Of a stretch of 64,000 nucleotides of DNA, positions 40,214 to 52,015 are shown piece after piece. The stretch comes from Phyllosticta citribraziliensis (Eukaryota). The notes under the pieces were generated by a model. The model was given only the letters and a program-made list of their open reading frames with translations. It was not told the origin of the DNA and made no database searches. The position numbers and the translations under genes are program-made. Each line of letters starts with the position of its first letter. The first letter of the stretch is position 1. Where the stretch lies: contig NW_027117346.1 in assembly GCF_038025025.1 (NCBI RefSeq), positions 744,001 through 808,000 of the forward strand, given 5' to 3'.

Positions 40214-42496
40214 ATGAAGTTGCCTTTGCTTCTTCTGGTGACTCTGTCACTGGCCCTTCTTTCCTTTGCCAATCCCGTCGCTCTCTACCCCAGACAAAAT
40301 GCCACCGGCGCCAGCGTTGGCTCGCCATGCGCCTCGGTCAGCTCCCTCGTCAGCGCTCAAAGAGCCACTGCTACGCCCACTGTCCCCGCTGCCGTCGCCT
40401 ACGAATGCATTCAGAGCGTGCCATTGAACAAGACCTCTGCGCTTCACCTCATCAACGACATCAAGCCCTACATCAATTGGCAGAGCACCGTCGCCTACCT
40501 CAAGGACCCTCCCTCCGAGTACGTCGAAAAGGTTCAGCCCGCCTGGGACATCTGGGCCGAGCTCGACAAGATTGAGACCAAGGTGCGCAACGACGAGTAT
40601 TCGGGCGAGTACGACTTTGGATGGGCCCTCTACACTCTGTTTCAATCCGCCCACGACGGTCATTTCGTCTACGTCCCCGACTCGATTGGAGGCATCTTCA
40701 CCTGGGGCAGGTCCATTGCCATTGTCTCCATTTCCGACGACGGCAAGGAGCTCCCTAAACCATTCGTGTACACTGATATTCTGGCCGCTTCGTTCCCCAA
40801 CTCTACCTATACTCCTTCGGCAATTACGGAAATCGATGGCGTTGATTTCGCCACCTACCTTGAAAACTGGAGTCAATTCGGTTCGCTCCAGGATCGCGAT
40901 GCCCTCTACAACAACGTCTTCTACAACTTGGCCCAGGTTCAGCTCGGCGAGTCCGGTGCTGCAACCGGTACCTTTTCTGGCGGTGGACGTGGTAGATGGG
41001 TCTATCCCGGTGCTTACACGACTCTGACGTTTGCCAATGGCTCAACCACCACGTACGAAAACTTTGCCAGGGCCCAAGTCTCGTTCCGAAATGTCGAAAA
41101 TGGAACTTCCCTTGCGGACCACTACTTCTACTATGACTCTGGCGCTACTGCCTCTGCCCTGGCAAAGGCCCAAGGTGAAGCTGAGGTCAAGGTTGAAGCT
41201 GACACCACCTCGACCAAGCGCGCTCGCTCAACTCCGGCTCCTGGCTACCCTGAGCCCGTCGAATTTGCCAGCGACAACTCCATCGCCGGTTACTACATTG
41301 ATGACGACGAGTACTCTGAAATCGCTGTCCTTGCTCTTCCTTCCTTCACCGGCTCATCCATTTCACCTGAAAGCTTTCAAAACATTTCGACAGAATTCAT
41401 CGCAAAGGCAAAAAAGGCCAACAAGACAAAGTTGATCATCGACGTCAGTGCCAACGGCGGTGGAACGATTCTGCTGGGCTACGACTTGTTCAAGCAGCTG
41501 TTCCCCTCCATTCTGCCATATGGCGGGACCCGCTTCCGTGCTCACGAGGCCTTTGACTTGATCGGCCAAAAGTTTTCGTGGATCGCGAGGGACATTCCCC
41601 GCACCATCGACGCCGTGGAGGGCAATCTCACCACTCTGGACATTGTGCCGGCTGCTTTCAACTACCGCACCGACGTTGACGTTGACTACAAGCCCTTTGA
41701 GTCTTGGCCTGACAAGTTTGGTCCGCACGTCTACCAGCATGACAACTTCACCTCCATCATCCGCTGGAACATGTCGGACCCGATGAACATCATCAATGGC
41801 GGTATTCAGATTAGCGGCTACGAAAACCGGTCCAACATGACGACCCAGCCATTCAATGCTGCCGACATTGTCATCATCACCGACGGATACTGCGCGTCAA
41901 CCTGCACCATCTTCTCTGAGCTGATGCGTCAGCAAGGCAACGTGACGACCATTGCCTTTGGAGGCCGCTCGCAGTACGGAGCAATGCAGGCCGTCGGAGG
42001 TGTCAAGGGAACCAACAATTTTTACTGGCAGGACATCAAGTATTGGGCTCGCGAGGCCTACGACCTGGCCAACGATGAGGAGCAGGTCAAGTGGAACCAG
42101 TCTTTCCGGGAGAACTACAACTCGTATGTTCCGCTCAACCGCGCGGCGTACACATCCAACCTCAACGTCCGGGACGGCATCCGCGAGGGCGACGAAACGG
42201 GCACGCCGCTCCAGTTTGTGTACGAAGAGGCCGACTGCCGCATCTTTTACACGGCTGAGATGACGTTGGACGTGACGGCCATCTGGAAGGCCGCTGCAGA
42301 CAGCAAGTGGGGCACCATTAGCAGCTGTGTGGCGGGCACGGGAAGCTACGAAGGAGAGGGTGCGGCGGACAGTGGGGTCAGGGTCAAGGCGGCCGTGGCA
42401 AAGAAGGGCAAGGTTGATCCGGCTCTGGCAGACAGCCTCAGCCTCTACACCAACCCGAAGAAGGTGAAGTTGGGCGAGGGCTACATGCTGCCTTGA
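40214..42496 (+). CDS. Secreted peptidase family S41 (CPAF-like), intronless, 760 aa
   Basis: Signal peptide MKLPLLLLVTLSLALLSFA; AHDGHF; LIIDVSANGGG; catalytic Ser motif TDGYCASTC; GAMQAVGGVKG; PLQFVYEEADCRIFYT. Confidence 0.9.
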   Translation: MKLPLLLLVTLSLALLSFANPVALYPRQNATGASVGSPCASVSSLVSAQRATATPTVPAAVAYECIQSVPLNKTSALHLINDIKPYINWQSTVAYLKDPPSEYVEKVQPAWDIWAELDKIETKVRNDEYSGEYDFGWALYTLFQSAHDGHFVYVPDSIGGIFTWGRSIAIVSISDDGKELPKPFVYTDILAASFPNSTYTPSAITEIDGVDFATYLENWSQFGSLQDRDALYNNVFYNLAQVQLGESGAATGTFSGGGRGRWVYPGAYTTLTFANGSTTTYENFARAQVSFRNVENGTSLADHYFYYDSGATASALAKAQGEAEVKVEADTTSTKRARSTPAPGYPEPVEFASDNSIAGYYIDDDEYSEIAVLALPSFTGSSISPESFQNISTEFIAKAKKANKTKLIIDVSANGGGTILLGYDLFKQLFPSILPYGGTRFRAHEAFDLIGQKFSWIARDIPRTIDAVEGNLTTLDIVPAAFNYRTDVDVDYKPFESWPDKFGPHVYQHDNFTSIIRWNMSDPMNIINGGIQISGYENRSNMTTQPFNAADIVIITDGYCASTCTIFSELMRQQGNVTTIAFGGRSQYGAMQAVGGVKGTNNFYWQDIKYWAREAYDLANDEEQVKWNQSFRENYNSYVPLNRAAYTSNLNVRDGIREGDETGTPLQFVYEEADCRIFYTAEMTLDVTAIWKAAADSKWGTISSCVAGTGSYEGEGAADSGVRVKAAVAKKGKVDPALADSLSLYTNPKKVKLGEGYMLP

Positions 42497-44105
42497 GCGT
42501 GGAGCATGGTCTTTCTTCGACGACTTGACGACGGCGCCCATTTTGCTGGTATCGCATTTTGCTCATGGCATTTGAACGGAATAGCTTTGTAATGTTTATC
42601 GGGGCGTGGAGGTCTGGGGAGTAGCTGGTACTGGCGGTAGCTATGGAAGTAAATGGAATGAACCAATCACAACCACGAGGCTTGATCGACGTGATGGATG
42701 CTCGTCCTTGGAGAATTGACTATGACATGGTAGTCTCCTCATCGAATCTCGTCTCGCGCATCTGATGTGGAGCACATGGGCGGATCTGCTCTTCGCCGAA
42801 GCCGTTGGCCATGAGCATATATAGATGCGGGGACCTCAGCTTCCAATGAGCCTTTCTAGCCTTTCAACATGCGTCCCCGTGAGGGCGTCTTGCTTCCACT
42901 CCACTCATCTTTGCTCCGGATCTGGAACACTCACATTGAATATTGAACACAGGGCCCAGAAGTAGCAATCAACGTCGACCGCTGGGGAATGATGATGCCG
43001 TTTGTTCCGTCCCAAGACGCATGCGCCTTTGGAGAGCCTCTGGGGCAAGCAAACAAGCACGCCGTCGCCGACGAGCACGTTCACACTCAGTCAGCAACCT
43101 ACCGGTACCTTGGCAGCGCAAGCCCGCCCTCCCGCCAGCCATCCCGCCATCGCCCGACGCGGTTACGACGAAATCCAGAGCGCAGACCAGTCAGACAGCG
43201 CGGCAACCAGGAACAAAGGTTTTGTCGGCGGGTGGATCGAAGCAAAGCACAGAGGTCGTCGGCGCGAACCGGGAGGGGCGGGAGATGCGGCACGGGCAGA
43301 AGGCGTGGTTGCGGCAGGGCAGACTGTGGGGGAAGGGCTGCTGCGTTGCGGCATCTTCGGCATCTTTCATTCATTCCTTCCTGTCCTTCAGGTCCCGTCG
43401 GCACCGATTCGCGGCCGGGCCGTGCCTCGGAAGAGGCGTCCCGGATTGGCCACGATGGTGCCTGGTATTGTAAGTAAACCAATGCTCAGATAATGTGTGG
43501 TTGACGCAAGTTTTGCTTGTTTGTTTTGCTGGGAATGCTGGCGGATGAGATGGCATGGTTGTAGAGCGACGATGTGGATTCATGGACATCTGATTCATGC
43601 GACGAGGGGAGAGACTGGACTGAGGACCGTTATCTGCCCGCAGTCTGTCCCACGGCGGCACCCCTCTCTCAGGCCAAAATGGGGTGATGATATCAACCTA
43701 GACGCCCTGTGCAAGGGGCACATCGAGGGTTGCTGCCGCTGTGCTGGTGCTGCTCGGAAGGCAAGTCTGTGTGTCAGCAAATAATGGTGCTAGGAGTTTC
43801 GAAACGGCAAAAGCCTGCCGACGTCATGCAGAGTCAGTCAGTCCCGTTACGTCTCCGCGGCAGGGCCATTGGTTTACCTCAACTTTCGTCACTCCCCCTC
43901 CATGTCGTCTGCGCCATCGCCGCTCGACAACTTTTTTTAAAAAGACCCCCTTCGTCTGACTTTTACTCACCACTTCTATCGCACCACTTTTTCCACCTCG
44001 ACCCATCCGCTTTACCGCCCCCATTGATCCATTGCAACCCGCTGAACCATTACTGTCGCGAGACCTACCTACTACCACATTTACCACGCCAACTTTACAA
44101 CAATC

Positions 44106-45103
44106 ATGAAGATTCTCACGCCCGAGGAGGAGCAGGCACACTACAAGTAAGTCTCGCACCAGAGTTCCTGTCGAGTCGAGGACTCCATTCGCAACTCGCA
44201 TCAAGCGCCTCTGCGGCGCAGCAACCGCAGTCAACGAAAGCGAGCGAAGGCTGACAACGGCGCAGTGCCACGGTCAGAGGAGGTTTGACTGGAGGCGCCA
44301 TCGGTCTGGCGGCCAGTTCGCTCGGCGTGTGGGCAGCCTCTAGGAGATTCCCCATGTTCCGGCAACTGTCGCTGCCCTTCAAGGCGTTCCTGCTCACATC
44401 TGGTGGTTCGTTTGCTGGTACGTTGGCCCAAAAGCCGCCCCTCAACGCCCTCCGCTTCACAGACGACTGACGTGCTCTCACCGCAGCAATCATCCAAGCC
44501 GACCGTTCCTCGCGGCGATATGACATCGAGACGAACCCGCTCAAGAAGCAGCTGGAGGAAGAAGAGCGGCAACAGGCGGAGCTGCTGGCAGCCAGCAAGG
44601 ACGGCGCGACGCGGGCCAAGGAGTGGGCGACGGAGAACCGCTACTCGATTGTGTTTGCCGCGTGGCTGGCGTCCATGGGCGCGTCGTTCGGCATCGTCGC
44701 CCGCAACCCGTACCTCTCGACGGCGCAGAAGATTGTGCAGGCGCGTGTGTGGGCGCAGGGCCTGACGCTCGCCGTGCTGCTGGCCAGCTTCGCGCTCGAG
44801 GCCAACGACGCAAACCAGGGCAAGGGCCGCTGGGAGACGGTCAAGGTGCTCGACCCCAACGACCCCACCCACTCGCACTACGTCGAGAAGAAGATTCACC
44901 ACGAGAGATATCAGGGCGAGGACATGTGGAGAGGTAAGCCGTGCCACTACTACACTCACTCCGTGCCTGACGCTAACACGCTCCCAGAAATGGTCGAGGC
45001 TGAGGAGCGCAAGATGAAGGAGCGCGAAGCCGCCAAGAACAAGCAGCAGCAGCAGGTCCAGCAAAAGGAGCAGCAGCTGCAACAACAGAAGCAGCAGCAG
45101 TAA
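44106..45103 (+). CDS. RCF2: Respiratory supercomplex factor 2 (HIG1-domain), 4 exons, Gln-rich tail
   Basis: MKILTPEEEQAHY|, ENRYSIVFAAWLASM, STAQKIVQARVWAQGLTL, HHERYQGEDMWR. Confidence 0.9.
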
Positions 45104-47151
45104 ACCAATCAACAGATCTGGACAAGCTGCTCCTCTACCTAATCCATCACCGCCCTCTTGAACCCGCCTTCTCCGAATCCCTCCCTCCTGCAACTCTTCC
45201 TGCAAAAAGTGTTGGCGCCTCTTGGTAAACCATTTGCTCGTCGGCTCCGTTCCGCGGAAAAGAAAATCGACGCTTAGGATGTCCTTTTTTTCCCCTTGTT
45301 CTCTTATTGGACCATGCGACCAAACGAAACGAAAAAAACGCTAAAAATGGCCGGATGGGGTTGTTGACGAGCGGGGACTAGTGTTGGCGCGGCGAGCAAG
45401 CAAGCAAGCGATTCAAGCGAGTCTTTAATTCCATTTCCTGATTTCCATCATCTCAAACGTCATTTCTTTTCCTTTTACTTATGTCTGATCTTTCCACGTT
45501 GTTGACGACGTCTGTCTGCTGGAGTCGGCGTGTGGCGGCGCTCTTCCCTTTTTCACCATCTCGTTGTCGTTGTCATTGTATATAGATGGGTCGGTCAGTC
45601 GTAGGCGTCGGGTTGCGTTGAGTCGTCTATAAAAATGCTACAATCATCGACCTTGGATGTGTGTTGTTGACTACACCACTCACTCGAGTGCTCGTTGTTT
45701 GCGTTGACTGCAGAGATTGGATGCTCCGTTACCCTGTCTATGATACATTTATCCATCACACGTTGAAGCGCACGAATGCTACCTATGTATGTAGCTTGAG
45801 CACTTTCTCTCTTCAACCAACTACTCAAAGCCTCTTCGTCTGATGTCCATCCCACCACATGGGGCTAGGCTGATCGCGCCGAGATCATCCATTCGTTCTG
45901 TGTCTGACGTTTTGCGCATGCATGAGATGTATGCATGTCGAGATGAACAGTACTCCGGGAGCGGCCGCGTCTAGGTATCAGATGGAAAGAGGAGTACACG
46001 AATGCGCGCGCGCGCAGCAGTAAGGCACCTAGGTCTCCAGCCTGGCGGCAACATCCCACTGGCATGCCATCGTGTGCGTGTGGGTGGTGTGGTCCAACAT
46101 GTCGTCCAGCAAACACGACGGACGACGACGGACGAGCATTGCGTGCTCCCTCCTTCCCTGCCTCGACACTCCTCGGACTCGTGTCGCTTGTTTCACCCTT
46201 CGCGTTTCACAGGAATGCGGGAGGCGCCGAACCCTGCTTCTCTGGACTGACGTCTTGTGACGGTGGGACGGCGTCGTCTGATGTGATGTGCTGCGGGCGA
46301 GGAGACGAGACGGCGCGATACGACACGATGAAAGACCACTGCGCACCACGCCATGCCACTACCATGACGCCGGAGCGGAGCTGGACTCGGACCCGAATCA
46401 CGCACGCACGCACGAGAAGTTGCGCTCGACTGATACTGTTCTGGTTGGAATGCGGGGTGCCTGGGCAGGTGGGTTCGTGGGTGGGTGGGTGGATAGATGA
46501 TGTGCACAAGGTATTGTAACAGACGGGACTGTATGACGATTTGCTTGACTGACTGACTGATCAAGAGAAAGCGAAAGGCAGGGGATGGCACGCGCGGGCG
46601 AACCAAAAACACGGGAAGTTGTGGGAAACTCGAGTCTGCCTTCTTGGTACATATTCAGTCTACTTGCGACTCTATCAGTCTGTCTGCTCTACAGAGATGC
46701 GCACGTGCTCGGAAACCTTGAATTGGCGCTGTTGAGCGTGACGTGAGAGATTCGTTATATGGCGGGTGGAAAGCTTGATTTGAAAGGTGCAAGGAAAGGT
46801 ATCGAGCGAGAGAGATGGGCAACGCACGCTTGATGCAGCTGAGGGTGGCTTGGGATGGATTGCTCGCTTGCTCGCTGAGGAAAATGCCTGGCGTCAAAAG
46901 GAAAAGCTCATGGAGAAAAATGGTATGAAAGTAGAAGAATGGAAGAAAAGGGCCGGGATCTGGCCAAGAGGCGCAAAATACGTGTCGATACTCCCTGAGT
47001 TTAGCGGCCGTGGTGGACAGCTTCTTAGACGCAACTGTGGTGGCGGATGAAAGCCCCCCAGCGTTGTCCGTAGAAGTGCACGAATGATTCCAGATGCAGC
47101 CTCAGTGCCACGAGACATCATTTCTTTTGATATCCCCTCTGAACTCTGACC

Positions 47152-48663
47152 TTACCTCTTCCTCCACCTAACGCACGCCCATGCCACTGCTGCCACGACC
47201 ACCGACACCCTGCCTATCGCTGCCGCAGCCACTGCCTTGCGGACGAGTTCGTAGTAGCCGTCCAATAGGACGCCGACAGCGCTCGATCTCGTCCGCTTGC
47301 GACCCAGGCGGCTGTAGTACCGCTCGACCCCCAGCCCGCTGATGCCAGACTCAGGCGCGGCGTCGGCTTCTCCCTCTTCCGCCTGAACGATGACGACCGA
47401 CTCGTCATTCCTGGTGCCCACAGCCTCGAGGCCTTCTTCAATGGCCGTGACGCCGCCCGTCGGCTGGGGTACAGGTTCAGGCGTGTCGAGGACCCCGAGC
47501 ACCTCTTTGGCTTTGCGCGTGCGGAAGCGGTACGACAGGGCCCAGAGAATGAAGCGCACGTCGGGCGAGGTGAACGTCGGGTACGTCCACAAGCGGACCG
47601 AGTTGTGCGGGGGAATCAAGTCGAGAAAGTCGGCCATGATGCCGAGCGTGAGGCCCCAGAGTAAGAGCGGCGATTCGGTTGCGGAATCCGTCTGGGCGCC
47701 AGAAGCAATGCGGGCGAGCGACATCGAGCCCCAGGCAGAGGAGGAGGACGCTATCGAAGACGACGAAGTAGACGCAGCCGCCACAACATCGTCGGGCACG
47801 AAGCCGGGAATCGTCGACGCGAAGCTCGAGTGGCTTGGGATGAGGCGCACCGCCGCAAATATCATCTTGCCCAGCGTGAAGCGCAGAAACGCGCGCTTGA
47901 GCCCAAACTCCTGTCGCGCCAGCCGGTTCGATACGTCCTCGTGCCAAAAGGTCCGCTGGCCGGGGCTCAGCAGCGCGCGCACAGAAACCCAGTGCGCGCT
48001 GGCGACCTCGCTGGGCTGCAGCCGCAGCGCCGGCGGCTCCGGGCCCGTCATCACGTACACAAAGGGGCACAGCACCATCAGGCTTCTCCACGGTGAGTAC
48101 ATATGGTAAAGTGGCGCGGCGTGGGGTTGGGGCGAGACATACGGCACTTTGCCCCAGGAAGTTGTCACGACGCGCTCGGGCAGGTTGCCCACCGCGATGG
48201 AGTTGGCCGCGTCCAGTGATATGCCCACCTCTTCCACCGTCTCGCGCACCGCGGCGGCTCGGTCGCTGTCGTCGGTTGGGTCGCGTCGTCCGCCCGGCAG
48301 CGCGACATGGCTTGTCCAGCGGTCACCTGGCCGGTGTGCCCGCTTGATGAACAGGACCTCGGGGTCGCCGTTCTGCACCCACTCTTGACTGAAGAAGGCT
48401 TCGAGCCGTTGCTCTACCGTTTGCTGTTCATTGTTGTTTTGATTTCCGGGGGAATAGCTGCCATTGGCATCGGCGGGAGGTGGCGGGTGACTGTAGCGCG
48501 GCTGGATGCGTATGATGAGGGCAACGGAAGCCCGTTTTTTGACGTCAGGCGGGTTGGGGACGTGAGGATAAGGGTAACTGGAGAGGTCGAGAAGGACGCT
48601 ATGGAGGTGGCGAAGTAGGTCCGGGGTCGGAGGAATCTCTGATATCTCGGGAGGACGTGGCAT
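47152..48663 (-). CDS. NUDIX hydrolase (CoA-pyrophosphatase-like) with C-terminal hydrophobic anchor, 2 exons
   Basis: KRASVALII, EVLFIKRAHRPGDRWTSHVALPGGRRD..AAVRETVEEVGI (Nudix box), LQPSEVASAHWV, LLWGLTLG. Confidence 0.88.
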   Translation of the reverse strand: MPRPPEISEIPPTPDLLRHLHSVLLDLSSYPYPHVPNPPDVKKRASVALIIRIQPRYSHPPPPADANGSYSPGNQNNNEQQTVEQRLEAFFSQEWVQNGDPEVLFIKRAHRPGDRWTSHVALPGGRRDPTDDSDRAAAVRETVEEVGISLDAANSIAVGNLPERVVTTSWGKVPYVSPQPHAAPLYHMYSPWRSLMVLCPFVYVMTGPEPPALRLQPSEVASAHWVSVRALLSPGQRTFWHEDVSNRLARQEFGLKRAFLRFTLGKMIFAAVRLIPSHSSFASTIPGFVPDDVVAAASTSSSSIASSSSAWGSMSLARIASGAQTDSATESPLLLWGLTLGIMADFLDLIPPHNSVRLWTYPTFTSPDVRFILWALSYRFRTRKAKEVLGVLDTPEPVPQPTGGVTAIEEGLEAVGTRNDESVVIVQAEEGEADAAPESGISGLGVERYYSRLGRKRTRSSAVGVLLDGYYELVRKAVAAAAIGRVSVVVAAVAWACVRWRKR

Positions 48664-49533
48664 TGTGCTGGCTGTGGAGTTGGTTGTTGACTGGAGTTGA
48701 GGCGCGATTGGTGTCGTCTGGTGGTGCTGTACGCGCCGAGCCATTGCGTCAGACCCGCGGCTAGGTATTTCAAGGCGCGCGGCTGCGACTCTTCCCAGCT
48801 TTTCAAACAACCCATCAACATCTTCGATTTGGTCATTTCGACAATGATGCTTGGTCAAGGCGTTCAACTGTCTGCATTTTGTTCGGTGTCTGCTGGATTG
48901 GACCATTCCTCCCAAACCCTCAAGCGGTACTCAAACATTCCACCGGACCTTGATGAAGCATTGGTGCCAAATGTCGGTATCAGTTCTTGCAGCAAGCCTG
49001 GGTATCGGTAAAGTACATGTAATTTCCCTTGATCTCTTATCTTGTGGCATGCTAGCCTCTCAATCGCTTCCTGTCCTCACACTTTCCTACCTTCATTTCT
49101 TGTCGCAATGATCTCCCCTCCAGTCCTTTCTAAACCGTCGTTGCTGCTTTGCACGCCGGGCCACTTCTTCACAGGCTTCTTGCAAGCCACATGGGGTGTC
49201 CTTAAGCCGAACAATCTATCCGGATGTCGCCCTTGGTGTTTGCTATTGGCTCGCTCGCCTATATACAGCAGCGACTACAGGCTCGTTCTGGAAGCTCCTG
49301 GCGACCTTCAACGATGCGTGTAGGAAAACATACATGCCGTCCATCTCCTGCACAGGTTGCTGCCATTGAGGTCACTGCAACGTTGCCACCCTGGCTCTGA
49401 TGTTCCAGCCCTCTCGGCTAACAGCTCTAGCCCGACCTCGACCTCATCGCCTCCGCTTCAACAAAAGAACGAGCGCCTTTGGAACCCCACAATGATTCTT
49501 CCAAAGAACAAAAAGAGCAAAAAGAAAGTGGTT

Positions 49534-49622
49534 TCTCCCCTCCCAGAATCGAACTAGGGACCTTTCGATGGCATTGAATTCCATTACAGTCGAACGTGAT
49601 AAACCAACTACACCAAGAGGAG
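49534..49622 (-). tRNA. tRNA-Tyr(GUA) with short intron
   Basis: Minus strand: CTCCTCT TGGTGTAGTTGGTTTATCACG TTCGA CT GTA A [~15-nt intron] TCGAA AGGTC CCTAG TTCGATT CTGGG AGGGGAG A; downstream TTTCTTTTT terminator. Confidence 0.93.
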
Positions 49623-50458
49623 GAACAGCAGTTGTACTACTGTCTTGGTTGAGGAATGATCTCGCATTTAGGGTATATATTTAGGGCAGATTTTGCAGAA
49701 TGTGCTACAGAGGGCTCTGGGCCTTTTTCAAGCCATTTGAGCATTGGGGCAAGATCACGCAAAATGGTTCGGCTTACTGGGGGCCAGATTTTGCGTGTCT
49801 GTGCATGGGGCGCGGTCCGATTGGACAGTAACTGAAGTTGAAAGGAAATACCGACTGCACTCGACCAAACTCTCCGAATGAGCCAGTGTTGAAGGCATTT
49901 TGGGAGACGGAGGAGACGCTCGGAGTTTTGCAGAAACATGCCAGGGGTGGCAGACCACAATGCAGCAAATTTCGCCAGCAAGCAGGCTGGGTAGATTAGA
50001 GACACAGTCTACCTTACCTCAAATTGCCTCAAAGCAGCGCGCGCCCTAGCAGAGCTGGTAGCAAGATTCTGATGGTGCTGTTTGATAAATAGGGTAGTCA
50101 GTGTCTGGAAGCGGGTGGACTTTAATGGTGAAAACTCCAAGAGATTCAAGCATTGAAAGCAGGCTGAATTTGTATGTCGTAGTCGCCTTTTCTGGTCCAA
50201 CAGTTTTGCCATTTTCTTGTCCACAATAAATCATTGGCATCTCGAATCACAAAATGTGTAAGGACCACCACGCCAAAGCAGGCCAATACAAGCTGACACT
50301 CAGCCTGCAGTTGATTTCAAGTTCATGCGTGCTTGCCTCAGGTCAACTTCCATCTGGATCACCCCCGGCCCCGGCCCCTGCAAAGCTAACGCACGGACGC
50401 GACCTCGACGCGCGAAGCACGCCCTCCGCGAGCAGCACATCACCACCGAACATTCGCA

Positions 50459-52015
50459 ATGCTTCCGGAAGAGCTGCTCTTCACGTCTCTCAGCGAAGGT
50501 TATCCTTGTCGCGCTCTCCAGATCCGTCAATTACTGTATCTGTACAACGTAAGGCGCTCTTGAGACTGTTCTTTCGCATACTGACTTGCATTCAGTCTCC
50601 ATTGCCCAGTCCTTCCACGCTTGTCATCCACGGCCTTGCCGCTACCGGGAAGAGTACGATCACGAGGGACGTCCTTGAGTCGCGCAAGATCAACCATGCC
50701 ATCATTCAATCGCGAGAATGTATAACAGGGCGCCATTTGCTGGAGAGGACACTCGCCGCATGCCTTGACGCTGTGGACGACCCAGACCTTGACCGAAGTC
50801 CGTACGCTCGATGCGAAAACATTAGCGCACTGTTTGTGCACTTGGGGCGTCTCTTGGAAGGGAGAGAGCGCTTCGTGCTGGTGTTTGATGGTGTCGACAG
50901 GCAGCGAGAGACTCCGCCAACCCTCTTGCCCGCGCTGGCGCGACTTGGTGAAGTGGTACGCGGCGGTTGTCCCTACTCAAAGGTTTCACGAGACTGACAG
51001 ACGCAGATACCGTCGCTGAGTGTCATCCTCATAGTATCAGTTACAAGAGCGGGCTGCCTCCACGCCGCATGCACGCCGTTCATCCACTTTCCGTCTTATA
51101 CCCGCGACGAGTCGATTCGGATAGTCGCTCGAAACCCGCCAGACATTTTCCTCGAACCACCGTCCCCATCAAAGGAGTATGACGACGAGCTTGCGGCCGA
51201 GGATAAAGACTGGTTATGGACAAGATACCTAGGTGTCGTGTGGGACGCTTTAGCCAAAAGTGCGGCCAGAGATGTCAGGAGCTTCGAGGCACTGGCAAGA
51301 AAGTTGTGGGATCCGTTCGTCACGCCGATTCGAGACGGCACCTTTGGCACAAGAGACCTGTCAAGGCTCTTGGTCCATCGAAGAGCATTGTTCCAAAGCG
51401 AGAGCGCCTTGGTGGAAAGTGTTGTGCCGAGCGAGACAACAGGCGTGTCCAAGCTCAAGTCACAGGGTCAGTCGATGCAGACGCATTTACTTAGTCTTGA
51501 TGCTGACATTCTATTGACAGTCACGCACGAGCTCCCTTACTACTCCAAATACTTGCTGTGTGCGGCGTACTTGGCATCCTTCAACCCTGCACGCCAGGAC
51601 ACCATATACTTCACCAAAGCTAGCGAGAAGAAGAGGAAGAAAAAGGGCGGAGCAGTCAAAGTTGGCAGAGTACCAAAACATCGAAAGGTCTGTTTACGAA
51701 AATAAGCACTCGCAACTTGAAAGCTGACAACTCCAGATACCTCGGAACCTTCTTACCCCGTCGGCATTTCCACTAGACCGTCTGCTATCCATATTCAACG
51801 CTATCTTGCCGCATTCTGTTGCTCCGACAGCAGACATTTACACTCAGATTGCGACCCTATCCTCGCTACGCCTGCTTTTGAGGTCTGGAGCAGCCGGAGC
51901 GGATCCTCTCGATGGAAGTTGCAAGTGGAGAGTCAACTACGGCTATGAGTTCGTACGAGAACTCGGGCGCAGCGTCAGCTTCGAGATGGGCGAGTTTTTG
52001 GCAGGCGGGGAGTAA
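50459..52015 (+). CDS. ORC5: Origin recognition complex subunit 5, 5 exons
   Basis: MLPEELL..YPCRALQIRQL|, Walker A HGLAATGKS, ECITGRHLLER, LVFDGVDRQRE, HFPSYTR, LPYYSKYLLCAAYLASFNPARQD, FPLDRLLSIF, QIATLSSLRLL. Confidence 0.93.

Noticed and set aside
39550..40575. 341-aa plus-strand ORF upstream of and overlapping the S41 gene
   Set aside because: Low-complexity promoter/UTR sequence plus an off-frame overlap; not protein-like.
47152..48915. 587-aa version of the NUDIX ORF
   Set aside because: It starts at a non-ATG codon in UTR-like sequence and reads through an intron; ATG 48663 has the best context.
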